A stretch of 64,000 nucleotides of DNA from Hemiscyllium ocellatum (GCF_020745735.1 NW_026869102.1:367-64366), one strand, 5' to 3'; shown: positions 13,810-25,624, counted from the stretch's first letter. Notes: generated by a model from the letters alone, not told the origin. Made by a program: numbers and translations.

Positions 13810-14400
13810 GTCTCTTTTCGGGACATGGGACGATGGGCCCAGTCCAGACCGGTGTTGGTCACTGTCCACCTCTCCCCCCTCGCCCACCGCCCGGACACAC
13901 CCTGGCGTCCCCATTTACCACCGGGCGGTGGGGATCCCCAGGGGAGGGCTCTCTCTCTACGCGGGAGTCCTGCCCCTTTCTCTCGGGGATCTGGGGTGGA
14001 GGGTGCTGCATGCAGCGGTCCCCTGGAACCGCAGATTGCGGTGGTTCACGGACTCCCAGCCCAACTGCTTGTTCTGTGGCGCTGTGGAGTCCATGGACCA
14101 TGTGTATGTTGGGTGTGGGCGTCTGCACTCCCTCTTTGATTTTCCCAAAAACCTCCTCTGCTTTTGGTTGCACTTCAGTCCCACGCTCCTGATCTTCGGG
14201 CACCCGGTACGGAGGAGGGAGGGCAGGTCTGAAGACCTCCTCATGGGTCTGCTGCTGGGCCTGGCCAAACTGGCCATAAACTGGTCCAGGCAGCGGGCCG
14301 TGGAGGGGGTTGTTAGGGCCGACTGCCTGCCCCTCTTCCGCGGTTACGTTAGGGCCCGGGTGTCCACCAACACCCTGGAGTTGTTCAGGGAGAGGTGGGT
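13810..14400 (+). mobile_element. L1/Tx1-clade LINE ORF2 C-terminal fragment (5'-truncated)
   Basis: The ORF beginning at 13928 encodes ...NCLFCGAVESMDHVYVGCGRLHSLFDFP...LLIFG...LAKLAINWSRQ...LPLFRGYVRARV. The motif C-x2-C-x7-H-x4-C is the CCHC motif typical of the ORF2 C-terminus of L1-clade elements. Low-complexity tail DNA follows it. Confidence 0.5.
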
Positions 14401-16060
14401 GCCGCAGGGAGTGGCTACACACTTACACACACGCAGACCTGCACACATACCCCTACACCCACACACGCCCCCACACCTTCACACGCACACACCCCCACAC
14501 ACATCCCCACATCCTACACCCGCACCCCTACACGCCCCCACACCCTACACCCGCACACGCTCCCACACCTTCACACACCCCTACACCTTCACACACCCCT
14601 ACACCCTACACCCACACACACCCCCATACCTTCACACGCCCCCACACCCCCCCACACCCTACACCCACACACGCCCCCACACCCTACACCCGCACACCCT
14701 ACACCCCCACACCCTACACACACACACACCCCCACACCCTACACACACCCCCACACCCTACACCCACACACACCCCCACACCCTACACCCCCACACACCC
14801 CCACACCCTACACCCCCACACACCCCACACCCTACACCCCCACACACCCCCACACCCTACACCCCCACACACCCCCACACCCTACACCCACACACACCCC
14901 CACACCCTACACCCACACACACCCCCACACACCCTACACCCACACACACCCCCACACACCCTACACCCACACACACCCCCCCACACCCCCACACCCTCAC
15001 ACACCCCCACACCCTCACACCCTCACACACCCCCACACCCTCACACACCCCCACACGCCCCCACACGCCCCCACACCCTCACACACCCCCACACGCCCCC
15101 ATACCTTCACACGCCCCCACACCCTCACACGCCCCCACACCCTACACCCTACACCCTACACCCACATACGCCCCCATACCTTCACACGCCCCCACACCCA
15201 CACACGCCCCCACATCCTACACCCGCACCCTACACGCCCCCACACCCGCACCCTACACGCCCCCACACCCTACACCCACACCCTACACCCACCCCCACCC
15301 CATACCTTCACACGCCCCCACACCCTACACCCGCACCCCTACACCCACACACACTCCCCCTACACCCACCCACCACTACACCCATCCCCACACCCCCTCC
15401 ACCCCACCGCACACACACACACACCCCACTGCACCCACCCACCCACACACACCCCACTGCACCCACCCACCCACCCACACCCCACTGCACCCACCCACCC
15501 ACACACACACACCCCACTGCACCCACCCACCCACACACACACACCCCACTGCACCCACCCACCCACACACACACACCCCACTGCACCCACCCACACACCC
15601 ACACACACCCCACTGCACACACCCACACACACCCCACTGCACCCACCCACACACACCCCACTGCACCCACCCACCCACACACACCCCACTGCACCCACCC
15701 ACCCACCCACACACACCCCACTGCACCCACCCACCCACACACACCCCTCTGCACCCACCCACCCACACACACCCCTCTGCACCCACCCACCCACCCACAC
15801 ACACCCCACTGCACCCACCCACCCACCCACACACACCCCACTGCACCCACCCACACACACCCCACTGCACCCACCCACCCACCCACACACACCCCACTGC
15901 ACCCACCCACACACACCCCACTGCACCCACCCACCCACACACACCCCACTGCACCCACCCACCCACCCACACACACCCCACTGCACCCACCCACCCACCC
16001 ACACACACCCCACTGCACCCACCCACCCCCCCCGCCCCCCACACACACACACACACGAGA
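14400..16060. repeat. CA/C-rich low-complexity expansion (cacaccc.., cacccacccacacacaccccactg 27-28 bp units)
   Basis: Read directly from the sequence. It is the source of the artefactual 500-700 aa HT/PT-rich ORFs in the track. Confidence 0.85.
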
Positions 16061-16402
16061 AGAGTTAGTGTTTCTGGGCAGTACGATTGTTTTTAATGAG
16101 CACAATGAAACGAGTGGAAACTACAATTTTAAACAAAACGAACAGCGTTCTGCTCAGAAAACCCCATCACCCTGAAAGCCCCTTCCCTCCTGCAGACCGC
16201 CAGGGGGTTACAGATTGGATTTCCGTCTCCAATTCCCAGCACAGTAAGGTGTTCATCAGACAGCTCAAACACGTAATTCCTGTCATCTCAGGGCTCGCTG
16301 AAAAACCAAGAGGTCCATTCACAATCATCTCCATTTCCCCCTTTGGGACCTTGTCCTGCTTTATTTCCCTCCATCGCTCCCCCCCAACCCTTATTTTACT
16401 CA

Positions 16403-16582
16403 GTAGTTGCGCCGTTGAAAGATTCCTTTCGACCTCCCGGGACTGGGAATCTCATCCTGGTCCATCTCGAAGATATCCTTGCCAGTCTTCATCATCTGCT
16501 CCTCGATCTTCCGGTGGCGTTTCATGTCCAAGAGAACCTTATCCAGACGAGCCTGCCGCCCCTGGGTCCTGGTCGCGCTACC
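16403..16582 (-). CDS. candidate terminal coding exon of an unidentified gene (60 codons plus stop)
   Basis: A strong acceptor (polypyrimidine tract plus cagcag immediately before GGT) is followed by an open frame: [60 protein letters not shown] then TGA. The peptide is non-repetitive with charged-rich, high-complexity composition, unlike its repeat surroundings. I could not assign it to a gene family. Confidence 0.3.
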
Positions 16583-16679
16583 TGCTGGGGGGGGTGAGGG
16601 GGGCAGCAGAGAGGGCAGTTGGGGGGTGAGGGGGGCAGCAGAGAGGGCAGTGGGGGCAGAGAGAGATAGTGAGATGTGA

Positions 16680-17760
16680 TACACTCACCCCCATCCATTC
16701 CCCCACGATCCCGTGGGGTACACTCACACCCCCCTTACCCGTGGGGCACACTCACCCCACCCCCCCACGATCCCGTGGGGTACACTCACACCCCCCTTAC
16801 CCGTGGGGCACACTCACCCCACCCCCCCATTCCCCCACGATCCCGTGGGGTACACTCACACCCCCCTTCCCCGTGAGGCACACTCACCCCACCCCACCCC
16901 CCCCATTCCCCCTCGATCCCGTGGGGTACACTCACCACCCCCCCCCCAATCCCTCGTTTTCCCTGTGGTACACTCACACACACACCCCATTCCCCACGAT
17001 CCCTGTGGGGTACAGTCAGCCGACTTCCCTGCTCCCTACCCCACACCCTCACTCTCACCCGGGGTCAGTCTCACACCCCCTCACTCTCACCCGGGGTCAG
17101 TCCCACACCCAGACGCCCCCACACTCTCACCCGGGGTCAGTCCCACACCCCCTCACTCTCACCCGGGGTCAGTCTCACACCCAGACGCCCCCACGCCCCC
17201 TCACTCTCACCCGGGGTCAGTCCCACACCCAGACGCCCCCACGCCCCCTCACTCTCACCCGGGGTCAGTCTCACACCCAGACGCCCCCACGCCCCCTCAC
17301 TCTCACCCGGGGTCAGTCCCACACCCCCTCACTCTCACCCGGGGTCAGTCCCACACCCAGACGCCCCCACGCCCCCTCACTCTCACCCGGGGTCAGTCTC
17401 ACACCCAGACGTCCCTACACCCCCTCACTCTCACCCGGGGTCAGTCCCACACCCAGACGCCCCCACGCCCCCTCACTCTCACCCGGGGTCAGTCTCACAC
17501 CCAGACGCCCCCACGCCCCCTCACTCTCACCCGGGGTCAGTCTCACACCCAGACGCCCCCACACCCCCTCACTCTCACCCGGGGTCAGTCTCACACCCAG
17601 ACGGCCCTACACCCCCTCACTCTCACCCGGGGTCAATCTCACACCCAGACGCCCCTACACCCCCTCACTCTCACCCGGGGTCAGTCTCACACCCAGACGT
17701 CCCTACACCCCCTCACTCTCACCTGGGGTCCGTCTCACACCCAGGAACGACTTCTGTGGA
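16680..17760. repeat. two adjacent minisatellites (about 28 bp gatcccgtggggtacactcac.. units, then 48-60 bp tcactctcacccggggtcagtc.cacacccagacgcccccacgccccc units)
   Basis: Read directly from the sequence. ORFs 16669-17867 are artefacts. Confidence 0.85.
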
Positions 17761-17809
17761 GTCGGCTCATCTTCAAAATCAAACTCAGTAGGTACCTGAG
17801 GCCTAGAAC

Positions 17810-17947
17810 AGAGAGACAGGGAGAGGGGAGAATGATGTCCAGGACATACAGAGAGATAGAGAGATAGAGAGAGACAGAGACAGAGAGATATAGACAGAGA
17901 GAGAGAGAAAGAGAGACAGAGAGAGAGACAGAGAGAGAGACAGAGAC

Positions 17948-17978
<31 letters not shown>

Positions 17979-18110
17979 GAGAGAGACACACACATACAAA
18001 CAGCGAGAGAGAGAGACACACACAGAGGGGGGGGGGGGGAGACAGGGTGACAGAGAGAGGTAGAGAGACACAGAAAGGGAGGGAGACAGAGCGCGGGAGA
18101 GCGCAAGGTG
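17810..18110. repeat. GA-rich microsatellite (gagagacaga)n
   Basis: Read directly from the sequence. Confidence 0.85.
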
Positions 18111-18223
18111 GAGTTGGGAGGGGAGTCTTAGTGGGGGTCAGATAGGGGAAGGGGCAGGGAGAGGGGCAGGGGGAGGAGCAGAGTGGGGAATGAGGCGGTG
18201 TGCAGGGGCGAGGGGTTATCTTA

Positions 18224-18508
18224 CTTCTCTTCCTCCTCCTCTCCAGCCTCCTCCTCCTCCTCCACTTCCTCGTGTGTGGGGTTAGCCTCGGGTGTCGGTG
18301 GGCGACGGGGTAGGGGTCTGCAGCTCAGTTTGAGACTGCCCCCCTCCTCAGCGAGGGTCCCGTACAGGCGCAGGATCTCCTGTGGACTCGGAGTCCATGT
18401 CTCTGTGTCCTGGATCTCCTCGTCACTGCAGTCAATGCACCAGGATTCCTCCACATCCAGCATCAGCTCGGCCAGGCTGAGCACAGGGCCAGGCTCATCA
18501 ACCTGCAT
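18224..18508 (-). CDS. candidate stop-terminated coding exon with an acidic C-terminal tail (unidentified gene)
   Basis: A minus-strand acceptor, ctctccctag, sits just upstream. The ORF reads MQVDEPGPVLSLAELMLDVEESWCIDCSDEEIQDTETWTPSPQEILRLYGTLAEEGGSLKLSCRPLPRRPPTPEANPTHEEVEEEEEAGEEEEEK then TAA. It is non-repetitive and lies between simple repeats. Family unknown. Confidence 0.25.
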
Positions 18509-19334
18509 GGTCTGTCAGGGCCTGTCCACTAGGGAGAGCACCTGGACAGAGGGGGGGGAGAGAGAGGGGGAGAGAGTGAGGGAGAGACTGACCACAGGGG
18601 GAGAGAGTGACCGCACGGAGAGTGGGGGAAGAGAGTGACCGCAGGGAGAGGGAGAGAGTGACCGCAGGGAGGGGGAAGAGAGTGACCACAGGGAGATTGT
18701 TCACACTATCACTGCAGTCACATGCCCAGCTCCTCAGGAAGGATCATTCCCCACACACGCCATTCTCGGAGTCAATCCTGCCATCAGGTCCAGGGGATTA
18801 ATCGGTCATTAGTTTCACCAACACCATTTCTCTCGTGATTATCATCCGATTTATTTCCTCTCCTCCTTGTCCCCTCGTTTACTGTGCCATTTCGGAACAC
18901 CGTTAGAAGACGGAGGTTACATATTTATTCGGCATCTTTCCAAGTTGCCCATTACTACTTCACCAGCTCCATTCCCTCAGGGAACTATGTTCACTTTGGC
19001 TCCTCTCTTTAAAGAAGCTCTTGCTGTTCAGTTTTGTATTACTTACTGGTTTGCTCTCATAGATAAAGAGGGAGAAAGGATGTTATTTTCTGCTCATAAT
19101 CCCAATGGAATTAGTGCGGTCAGTGGTGATACTCTTGGCAGCCAGTAATATCCCAGGCAGACAGTAATAATTCTGACATTTACTGGAGTGACAGTAATAA
19201 TCCTAACATAAATAATCCTGACAGTAATAGCCCTGAACAGAAATAGCAGACAGTAATAATTCTGATATTACCGGAGTGACAGTAATAATCCTAACAGGAA
19301 TAATCCTGACAGTAATGAGTGCTATGCCTGGGAA

Positions 19335-19700
19335 TTTATGTTGCGGACATTTTGTCCCCTGTCCAGGTGACATCCTCAGTGCTTGGGAGTCTCCTGTGAA
19401 GCGCTTCTGTGATCTTTCCTCCAGCATTTATAGTGATTTGTATCTGCCTCTTCCGTTGTCAGTCCCAGCTGTCCGCTGCAGTGGTCGGTATATTGGGTCC
19501 AGGTCGATGTGCTTGTTGATTGAATCTGTGGACGAGTGCCATGCCTCTAGGAATTCCCTGGCTGTTCTCTGTTTGGCTTGTCCCATTATATAGTAGTGTT
19601 GTCCCAGTCGAATTCACGTTGCTGGTCTTCTGCGTGTGTGGCTACTGAGGATAGCTGGTCGTGTCGTTTGGTGGCTAGTTGGTGTTCATGGATGTGTATA
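19335..19700 (-). mobile_element. Penelope-like element (PLE) 3'-terminal fragment
   Basis: It is the reverse complement of the 3' region of the PLE at 23.3-23.66 kb (compare ORF 23239..23589). It contains a degenerate hammerhead-like core CUGAGGAUG...GGGGAC.AAAAUG. Confidence 0.5.
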
Positions 19701-19701
19701 C

Positions 19702-19995
19702 ATGGTGGCACAGTGGTTAGCACTGCTGTCTCACAGCGCCGGAGACCCGGGTTCAATTCCCGCCTCAGGCGACTGACTGTGTGGAGTTTGCACGTTCTCC
19801 CCGTGTCTGCGTGGGTTTCCTCCGGGTGCTCCGGTTTCCTGCCATAGTCCGAAGATGTGCGGGGTCAGGTGAATGGGCCGTGCCAAATTGCCCGTAGTGT
19901 TGGGTAAGGGGTAAACGTAGGGGTAGGGGTGGGTGGCGGGTCGGCGTGGACTTGTTGGGCCGAAGGGCCTGTTTCCACACTGTAAGCAATCGAAT
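19702..19995 (+). mobile_element. tRNA-derived SINE (HE1-like)
   Basis: The head is tggtggcacagtggttagcactgctgtctcacagcgccggagacccgggttcaattcc and the tail is ...ggacttgttgggccgaagggcctgtttccacactgtaag. Confidence 0.75.
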
Positions 19996-20091
19996 ACACA
20001 TATTAGATGGGAAAGCAACCAGCCCAACACGCACAAAAGTTGCATCGGGACTCTGTTGAGGAGGGCTGCGGCACACCAGAACTGCAAAAAG

Positions 20092-20549
20092 ATTAGATTA
20101 GATTACTTGCACAGTGTGGAAACAGGCCCTTCGGCCCAACAAGTCCACGCCGACCCGCCACCCACCCCTACCCCTAACCTAACACTACGGGCAATTTAGC
20201 ACGGCCCATTCACCTGACCTGCACATCTTTGGACTGTGGGAGGAAACCCACGCAGACACGGGGAGAACGTGCAAACTCCGCACAGTCAGTCGCCTGAGTC
20301 GGGAATTGAACCCGGGTCTCTGGCGCTGTGAGGCAGCAGTGCTAACCACCGTGCCACCCCACCCCTACCCCTACATATACCCCTTACCTAACACTAGGGG
20401 CAATTTAGCACGGCCAATTCACCTGACCCCGCACGTCTTTGGACCGTGGGAGGAAACCCACGCAGAAGAACGTGCAAACTCCGCACAGCCGGTCGCCTGA
20501 GTCGGGAATTGAACCCCTGGTCCCTGGCGCCGTGAGGCAGCAGTGCTAA
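20092..20549 (-). mobile_element. two adjacent tRNA-derived SINE copies (one full at 20092-20352, one partial at 20353-20549)
   Basis: The reverse-complement tRNA-like head ...ggaattgaacccgggtctctggcgctgtgaggcagcagtgctaaccaccgtgccacc is present twice. Confidence 0.7.
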
Positions 20550-20930
20550 CCCACCGTGCCGAAGGGGAACACCTCTACAACGTATTCGCCAAAGGCGGAT
20601 ACCCGCGCAACTTCATCAACAGATGCCGCAGGGACGAGGGCACGCCGCAGGGACGAGGGCACGCCGCAGGGACGAGGGCACGCCGCGAGCCAAAGGGGCT
20701 GGCCACACTCCCATACATCAGGAGCATTTCTGAACTGACCGCCAGACCGCGGTGACCACTAGGACTCATAACAGCACCCAAACCAACAGCCACCCTCAGG
20801 CAGGCACCCACCCACTCACCAGGACAAGGGACCCACCACCCAGCATGAGCAACCCCAATGCAGTGGGCAACACCCCAGTGCAAGCACTGCCCAGCACAAC
20901 CAGGAAGACAGCTGACCAGCCCCACCCGTG
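20550..20930 (+). mobile_element. PLE fragment (RT-EN linker region)
   Basis: It encodes EHLYNVFAKGGYPRNFINRCRRDEG...PKGLATLPYIRSISELTARP, matching EHLYKVFAKNGYPRNFINRCL...PKGLATLPYIRSVSELTARL of the PLE at 22.9-23.1 kb. Confidence 0.45.
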
Positions 20931-20984
20931 ACTGACAGCTGCCTGGACCAATGGGAGCCACGGATCCCCGGGGCTGGGTGGGTG

Positions 20985-21495
20985 GGGCCACCGAGGTAGC
21001 CAATGGGCGGCGGAGGCCTCCAAGGAAGTGGGCGGGATTGATTGATTGATTGCGCGCATGCGCACATTACCGACGCCGATACGGCAAGACCGGTGACTGG
21101 CGACGGGGGTCTATCCAATCCGAGGGGAGAGGAGGGAAGCCAATGGGAAGCGAGGTTGGGGTCGGCGGCGCCTCAGAGGCCGGACGCGCGCGGAGTGTCG
21201 AATGGCCGCTGGGACACGTGATCAGCAATGAGGCATCCGACGAATGGGAAAAGCGGGCTCGCCTCCGATTGACGGGCGGCCGCACCAACCGGAGGCAGAG
21301 TCTGGGCAGGAGTAAAGGGGCGTTCCTGAGCTGAGCGGCCAATGAGAGCGGTGTGAGGATGTGGCGGAGGACCAATAGGATGAGGCGCTCGGGCCGGGAG
21401 GAGGGCGGGGCTTTGATCAGATTTAAATCGGGCGGCGGTTGGGAGGCGGGAGGCGGCTCGTTGTGTTTAAAATAGCAGCAAACAGGTAAAAACCG
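20985..21495 (+). promoter_or_regulatory. copy A of the KIF22-type CCAAT-cluster promoter plus exon-1 module (orphan copy)
   Basis: There are at least five CCAAT/ATTGG boxes, GC boxes (gggcgg), the palindrome gcgcatgcgc, an E-box cacgtg, and two TTTAAA elements. It ends in ...gtgtttaaaatagcagcaaacag|gtaaaaacc, an exon end plus splice donor. It is near-identical to the modules at 50.09-50.6 and 59.8-60.3 kb. Confidence 0.45.
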
Positions 21496-22155
21496 GCCTT
21501 TTCCTGGTGTTATTTATTGTATCGCTTCCTCGGGCAGCTCTCTGCACCTTCTCCGCGTGAAAAAGTTGTTCCTTTGTAAATGTTTGACCTTTGACCCTCT
21601 GGTTCTTGCCCACTGACCCCCCCATGACCCTATAAACCTCTATAAGGTTATCCCTCAGCCTCCCCCCTTCAGCTCAAACCCTCCAACATCCTTGTGAACC
21701 TTTCCCCTCTCACCCTTAACCTGTGACCCTCTAGTTTTGTCCTCCCTCACCACCCCCTGAGGGATAATACCTTGACCCTTCACCTTATCCATGACCCCCA
21801 TGACCCTATTAACCTCTATAGGGTCATCCCTCAGCCTCTTCCCTTCAGCTCAGACCCTCTAACATCCTTGTGAACCTTTCCCCTTCCCACCATGAACCTG
21901 TACCTCTAGAGTCATAGAGATGTACAGCACGGAAACAGACCCTTCGGTCCAACCTGTCCGTGCTGACCCAGTTATCCCAACCCAATCCATTCCCACCTGC
22001 CAGCACCCGGCCTCTATCCCTCCAAACCCTTCCTATTCCTATACCCACCCAAACGCCCCTTAAATGTTGCAGTCGTACCAGCCTCCACCACTTCCTCTGG
22101 CAGCTCATTCCATACACGTACAACCCTCTGGGTAAAAAAGTTACCCCTTAGGTCC
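21496..22155. repeat. copy of KIF22 intron-1 proximal sequence with internal about 100 bp tandem repeats and an L2 3' tail
   Basis: It is the reverse complement of 49.49-50.09 kb. It contains the motif tacagcacggaaacagacccttcggtcc. Confidence 0.5.
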
Positions 22156-22159
22156 CTTT

Positions 22160-23660
22160 TATATCTTTTCCCCTCTCACCCTAAACCTATGCCCTCTAGT
22201 TCTGGGCTCCCTGACCTTACAGAACAGACTTTGCCTATTGACCCTATCCATGCCCCTCATTATTATGTAACCCTCTATAAGGTCACCCCTCAGCCTCTGA
22301 CGCTCCAGGGAAAACAGCCCCAGTCTGTTCAGCGTCTCCCCGTAGCTCCGATCCTCCAATCCTGGGAACATCCTTGTAAATGTAGTGAGGCATAAGTCCA
22401 GTAGTTTAAGTATGCCGTCTTTGTTGATAGGTTCCGCCTCCTGTTTTCTGCTATGTATGTCCAGTAGGTTGTCCACTACACACTTTACATTCAACAATCA
22501 GATATACGAACAAATCAACGGAACACCCATGGGATCACCAATCGCGGGACTCATAGCAGAGGCAGTTATGCAAAGGTTAGAACAAACAGCCCTACCACAA
22601 ATTCAACCCAAAGTCTGGGTCAGATATGTCGATGACACTTTCGTAATCATCAAAAACACGGAAATAGAAAAAACACACTGGATCATCAACGCCACACTCT
22701 CAGGCATCCGATTCACGAGAGAAGTAGAAAAGGATAGCCAACTCCCATTACTAGACGTGATAGTACAGAGAACACCAAACGGAGAATTCACCACAAGGGT
22801 ACACAGGAAAACAACACACACAGACCAAGTCCTAAACTATGAAAGTAACCACTCCAACACACACAAACGAAGCTGCATCAGGACACTATTCAAAAGAGCG
22901 ACAACACACTGCAGTACACCAGAACTGCGAAAAGAGGAAGAGGAACACCTATACAAGGTATTCGCCAAAAACGGATACCCGCGCAACTTTATCAACAGAT
23001 GCCTAAGAGAGAGACCACGGAACGAGGACATGCCACAACCAAAAGGACTAGCCACACTACCATACATCAGGAGCGTTTCAGAACTGACAGCCAGACTACT
23101 GCGACCCCTAGGACTCATAACGGCACACAAACCAACAGCCACGCTCAGACAACAACTTACTAGAACAAAGGAGCCAATACCCAACATGAGCAAAACTAAT
23201 GTAGTTTATAAAATACCATGCAAGGACTGCACAAAACACTATATAGGACAAACAGGAAGACAGCTAACAACCCGCATACATGAACACCAACTAGCCACGA
23301 AACGACACGACCAACTATCCCTAGTAGCCACACACTCCGACAACAAGCATAATGAATTCGACTGGGAAAACACTACTATCACAGGGCAAGCCAGACAGAG
23401 AACAGCCAGGGAATTCCTAGAGGCATGGCATTCATCCACAAATTCCATCAACAGACACATCGACCTGGACCCAATATACCAATCACTACAGCGGACAGCT
23501 GAAACTGACACCTGGAAGCGGCAAGGACAGACCACTATAAATGCCGGAAGAAACATCAAAGAAGCGCTTTGCAGGAGGCTCCACAGCACTGATGAGGTCT
23601 CCTAGCCAGGGGACGAAACGTTTGCAACAAAAACTTCCAGCTCGGCGAACAGAACCACTA
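22160..23660 (+). mobile_element. Penelope-like retroelement, 3' half (RT C-terminal part plus GIY-YIG endonuclease plus 3' tail)
   Basis: ORF 22385..23605 carries the RT motif YVDDTFVI and the GIY-YIG motif VVYKIPCKDCTKHYIGQTGRQLTTRIHEH. The GIY-YIG endonuclease is the hallmark of PLEs. Confidence 0.8.
23586..23626 (+). ncRNA. hammerhead ribozyme motif in the PLE 3' region
   Basis: CUGAUGAG at about 23589-23596 is followed by helix II GUCUCC..GGGGAC, then GAAAC at about 23615 and GUUUGC. This matches the HHR core. PLEs are known to carry HHRs. Confidence 0.45.
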
Positions 23661-24939
23661 CAGTTTGGAAGTGTTGCAGCCAAGTGATTAAAGGCCTGTT
23701 TTTGCAAACCTATTGTGTTCACTCTTCATTATCATTTGTGCTGTCACAGGGTGGGAGTAGGAGAAAGGTTTGGACAAGGTGGTGAGGGGAGACCCACCCT
23801 CTGAGATAACTGATGGGGAGCAACTAGGCCCTGGGGAAGTCAAACCACATTGACAGCAGGACTGACAGCCTGTGCTGCTGCTCAGCTAGTGTAGCTCCAA
23901 CACTGGCAGTGACCCAGTGGGGTGGTCAGCTATGTCCTTATATACAAAAAGCAGGACCGTTACTGCCCCTTCACTCTCCTCTTAACCATCCCCAATGTTA
24001 GCAATGCCAGGGCCACTCAGCTCAGTTGTGTTTCTGTGGATGACTCCACACTATGTTCCCATCAGTGTGCAGCAAAGATTGGCAGAGCTGTGGACAAGTT
24101 TCACTGGCCATTTAATGGTACAACAAGTTTTAATAAAGGATTTGCTAAAGACAAGAAACAAATGGTTAAAATACAATAGCAGTGACATGTGAGCTGAGGT
24201 GGAAATATACATTCTCAGCTCCATTCCATTCTGACAAGATTCATACTTTAATAACAAAGGAGAAGCCAGCTCTGAAACACTGATTGCTAATGGCCAGGAG
24301 GAAGGTTTAGACAGCAAACTAACAACAGGGGCCCTGACAGGCTCCCCCTCTCAGTCTGATGATTCCGTATGACCCCGTACAAAGCAGACACAGCACAGGC
24401 AGAGGGAAGAACAAGGACTGGAGATCGGAGTCGAGTGTTGGTAAAGTGGATGAACTGTTCAACCTCCAGGTATTCACCTCCCCATACAGCTCATCACATT
24501 GGCCTAGGGAATGGGCAATATAAGAATAGTTATTCAGTAAAAAGGTTTGGTTTTGATCATCACTGTCTGTTCAGTCGGGTGTGGGTCACCTCAATAGGAA
24601 CAGTATAGTAGGAGGCTATTCAGCCCTTTGAGCCTGATCTACCATTCAATATGAACATGTCTGACCATCCATCTCTGTCCCTGCTGTCTCACAACATTCC
24701 CCACCCCCCCTCCCCCCTCAGCACCAAGAGCTCCATCGGAATACTATCCCCTCGTTCACACATTCCATAGTGTAGCCTCAGCAGCTTCCTGGGACAGGAT
24801 TCCACAGGCTCCACCACTTTCTGGGGAAAGAGGCTTCTCCCCATTTCAGATCGGTAACACAATGACCTCTGGTTTCAGATTCCTGATCGGGAAGGTCCTG
24901 TGTTTATCCTGTCGGGTCCTGTTGGAGGTTTATAGGATC

Positions 24940-25320
24940 ATACAACATTTCCCGTACACCCCCAATAAATGCCAGCAAATGTCATCCTGAACCAATCTAA
25001 TCTCTTCTCAAATGTCAGTCCCACTATATCAGGAATCAGTCCAGGAAACGTTTGCTGCACTCCCTCCATAGTTATCCTCAGATAATGAGACCAAAACCCA
25101 GACACTATATTCCAGGTGCAGTCAGTATCATTATCTGTGCTCCTGGATTTGAAGACTCCTCTCCCTTTGGAGGCCTGCAAGCTTACTCTCAGGTGAGTGA
25201 TGTACAGACCCAGGTCCCGTGCCCCCCCAATCCCCCTTCCCAATTTATTGCTGTCCAGGTAATTCTCACATTTATCCACATCATACTGCATCTGCCATGC
25301 ATTGGTCTGCTCACTCAATG
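24940..25320 (-). mobile_element. degenerate L2 RT fragment
   Basis: Minus ORF 24938..25318 contains W.MQYDVDKCE, compare the L2 motif WQMEFNxDKCEV. Confidence 0.35.
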
Positions 25321-25624
25321 TGTCGAAACCACACTGTCAGAAGTCACACAATATCAAGCCACAGTCCAACAGGTTCATTTGGAATCTCAAGCTGAAGACA
25401 GTCCACCTGATGATGGGGCACCGCTCCCAAAGCTTGTGATTTCAAATAAACGGGTTGGATTTACAACCGGGTGTCACGTGATGTCTGATTCGGTCCATCC
25501 CAGTCCCACACCAGCACTGGCCAATCCACATCAAATCACACTGCATCTGTTCCCAGTCAGTGTTTATACAAAGCAAGGGTCACAAAGTCAGCATCAGGCC
25601 CTGCACACACTCTCCGATTCTTAC

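Noticed and set aside
14400-16060. Possible telomeric repeats in the C-rich arrays
   Set aside because: No (TTAGGG/CCCTAA)n arrays are present. The units are cacaccc or cacccaccc-type, not telomeric hexamers.
13928-17867. Very long ORFs in the track (up to 722 aa, rich in HT, PT, CV and GW)
   Set aside because: They run through CA/C-rich low-complexity DNA and minisatellites on both strands and in multiple frames. They are compositional artefacts, not genes. Only the first about 150 codons of the ORF at 13928 (the LINE ORF2 tail) are meaningful.
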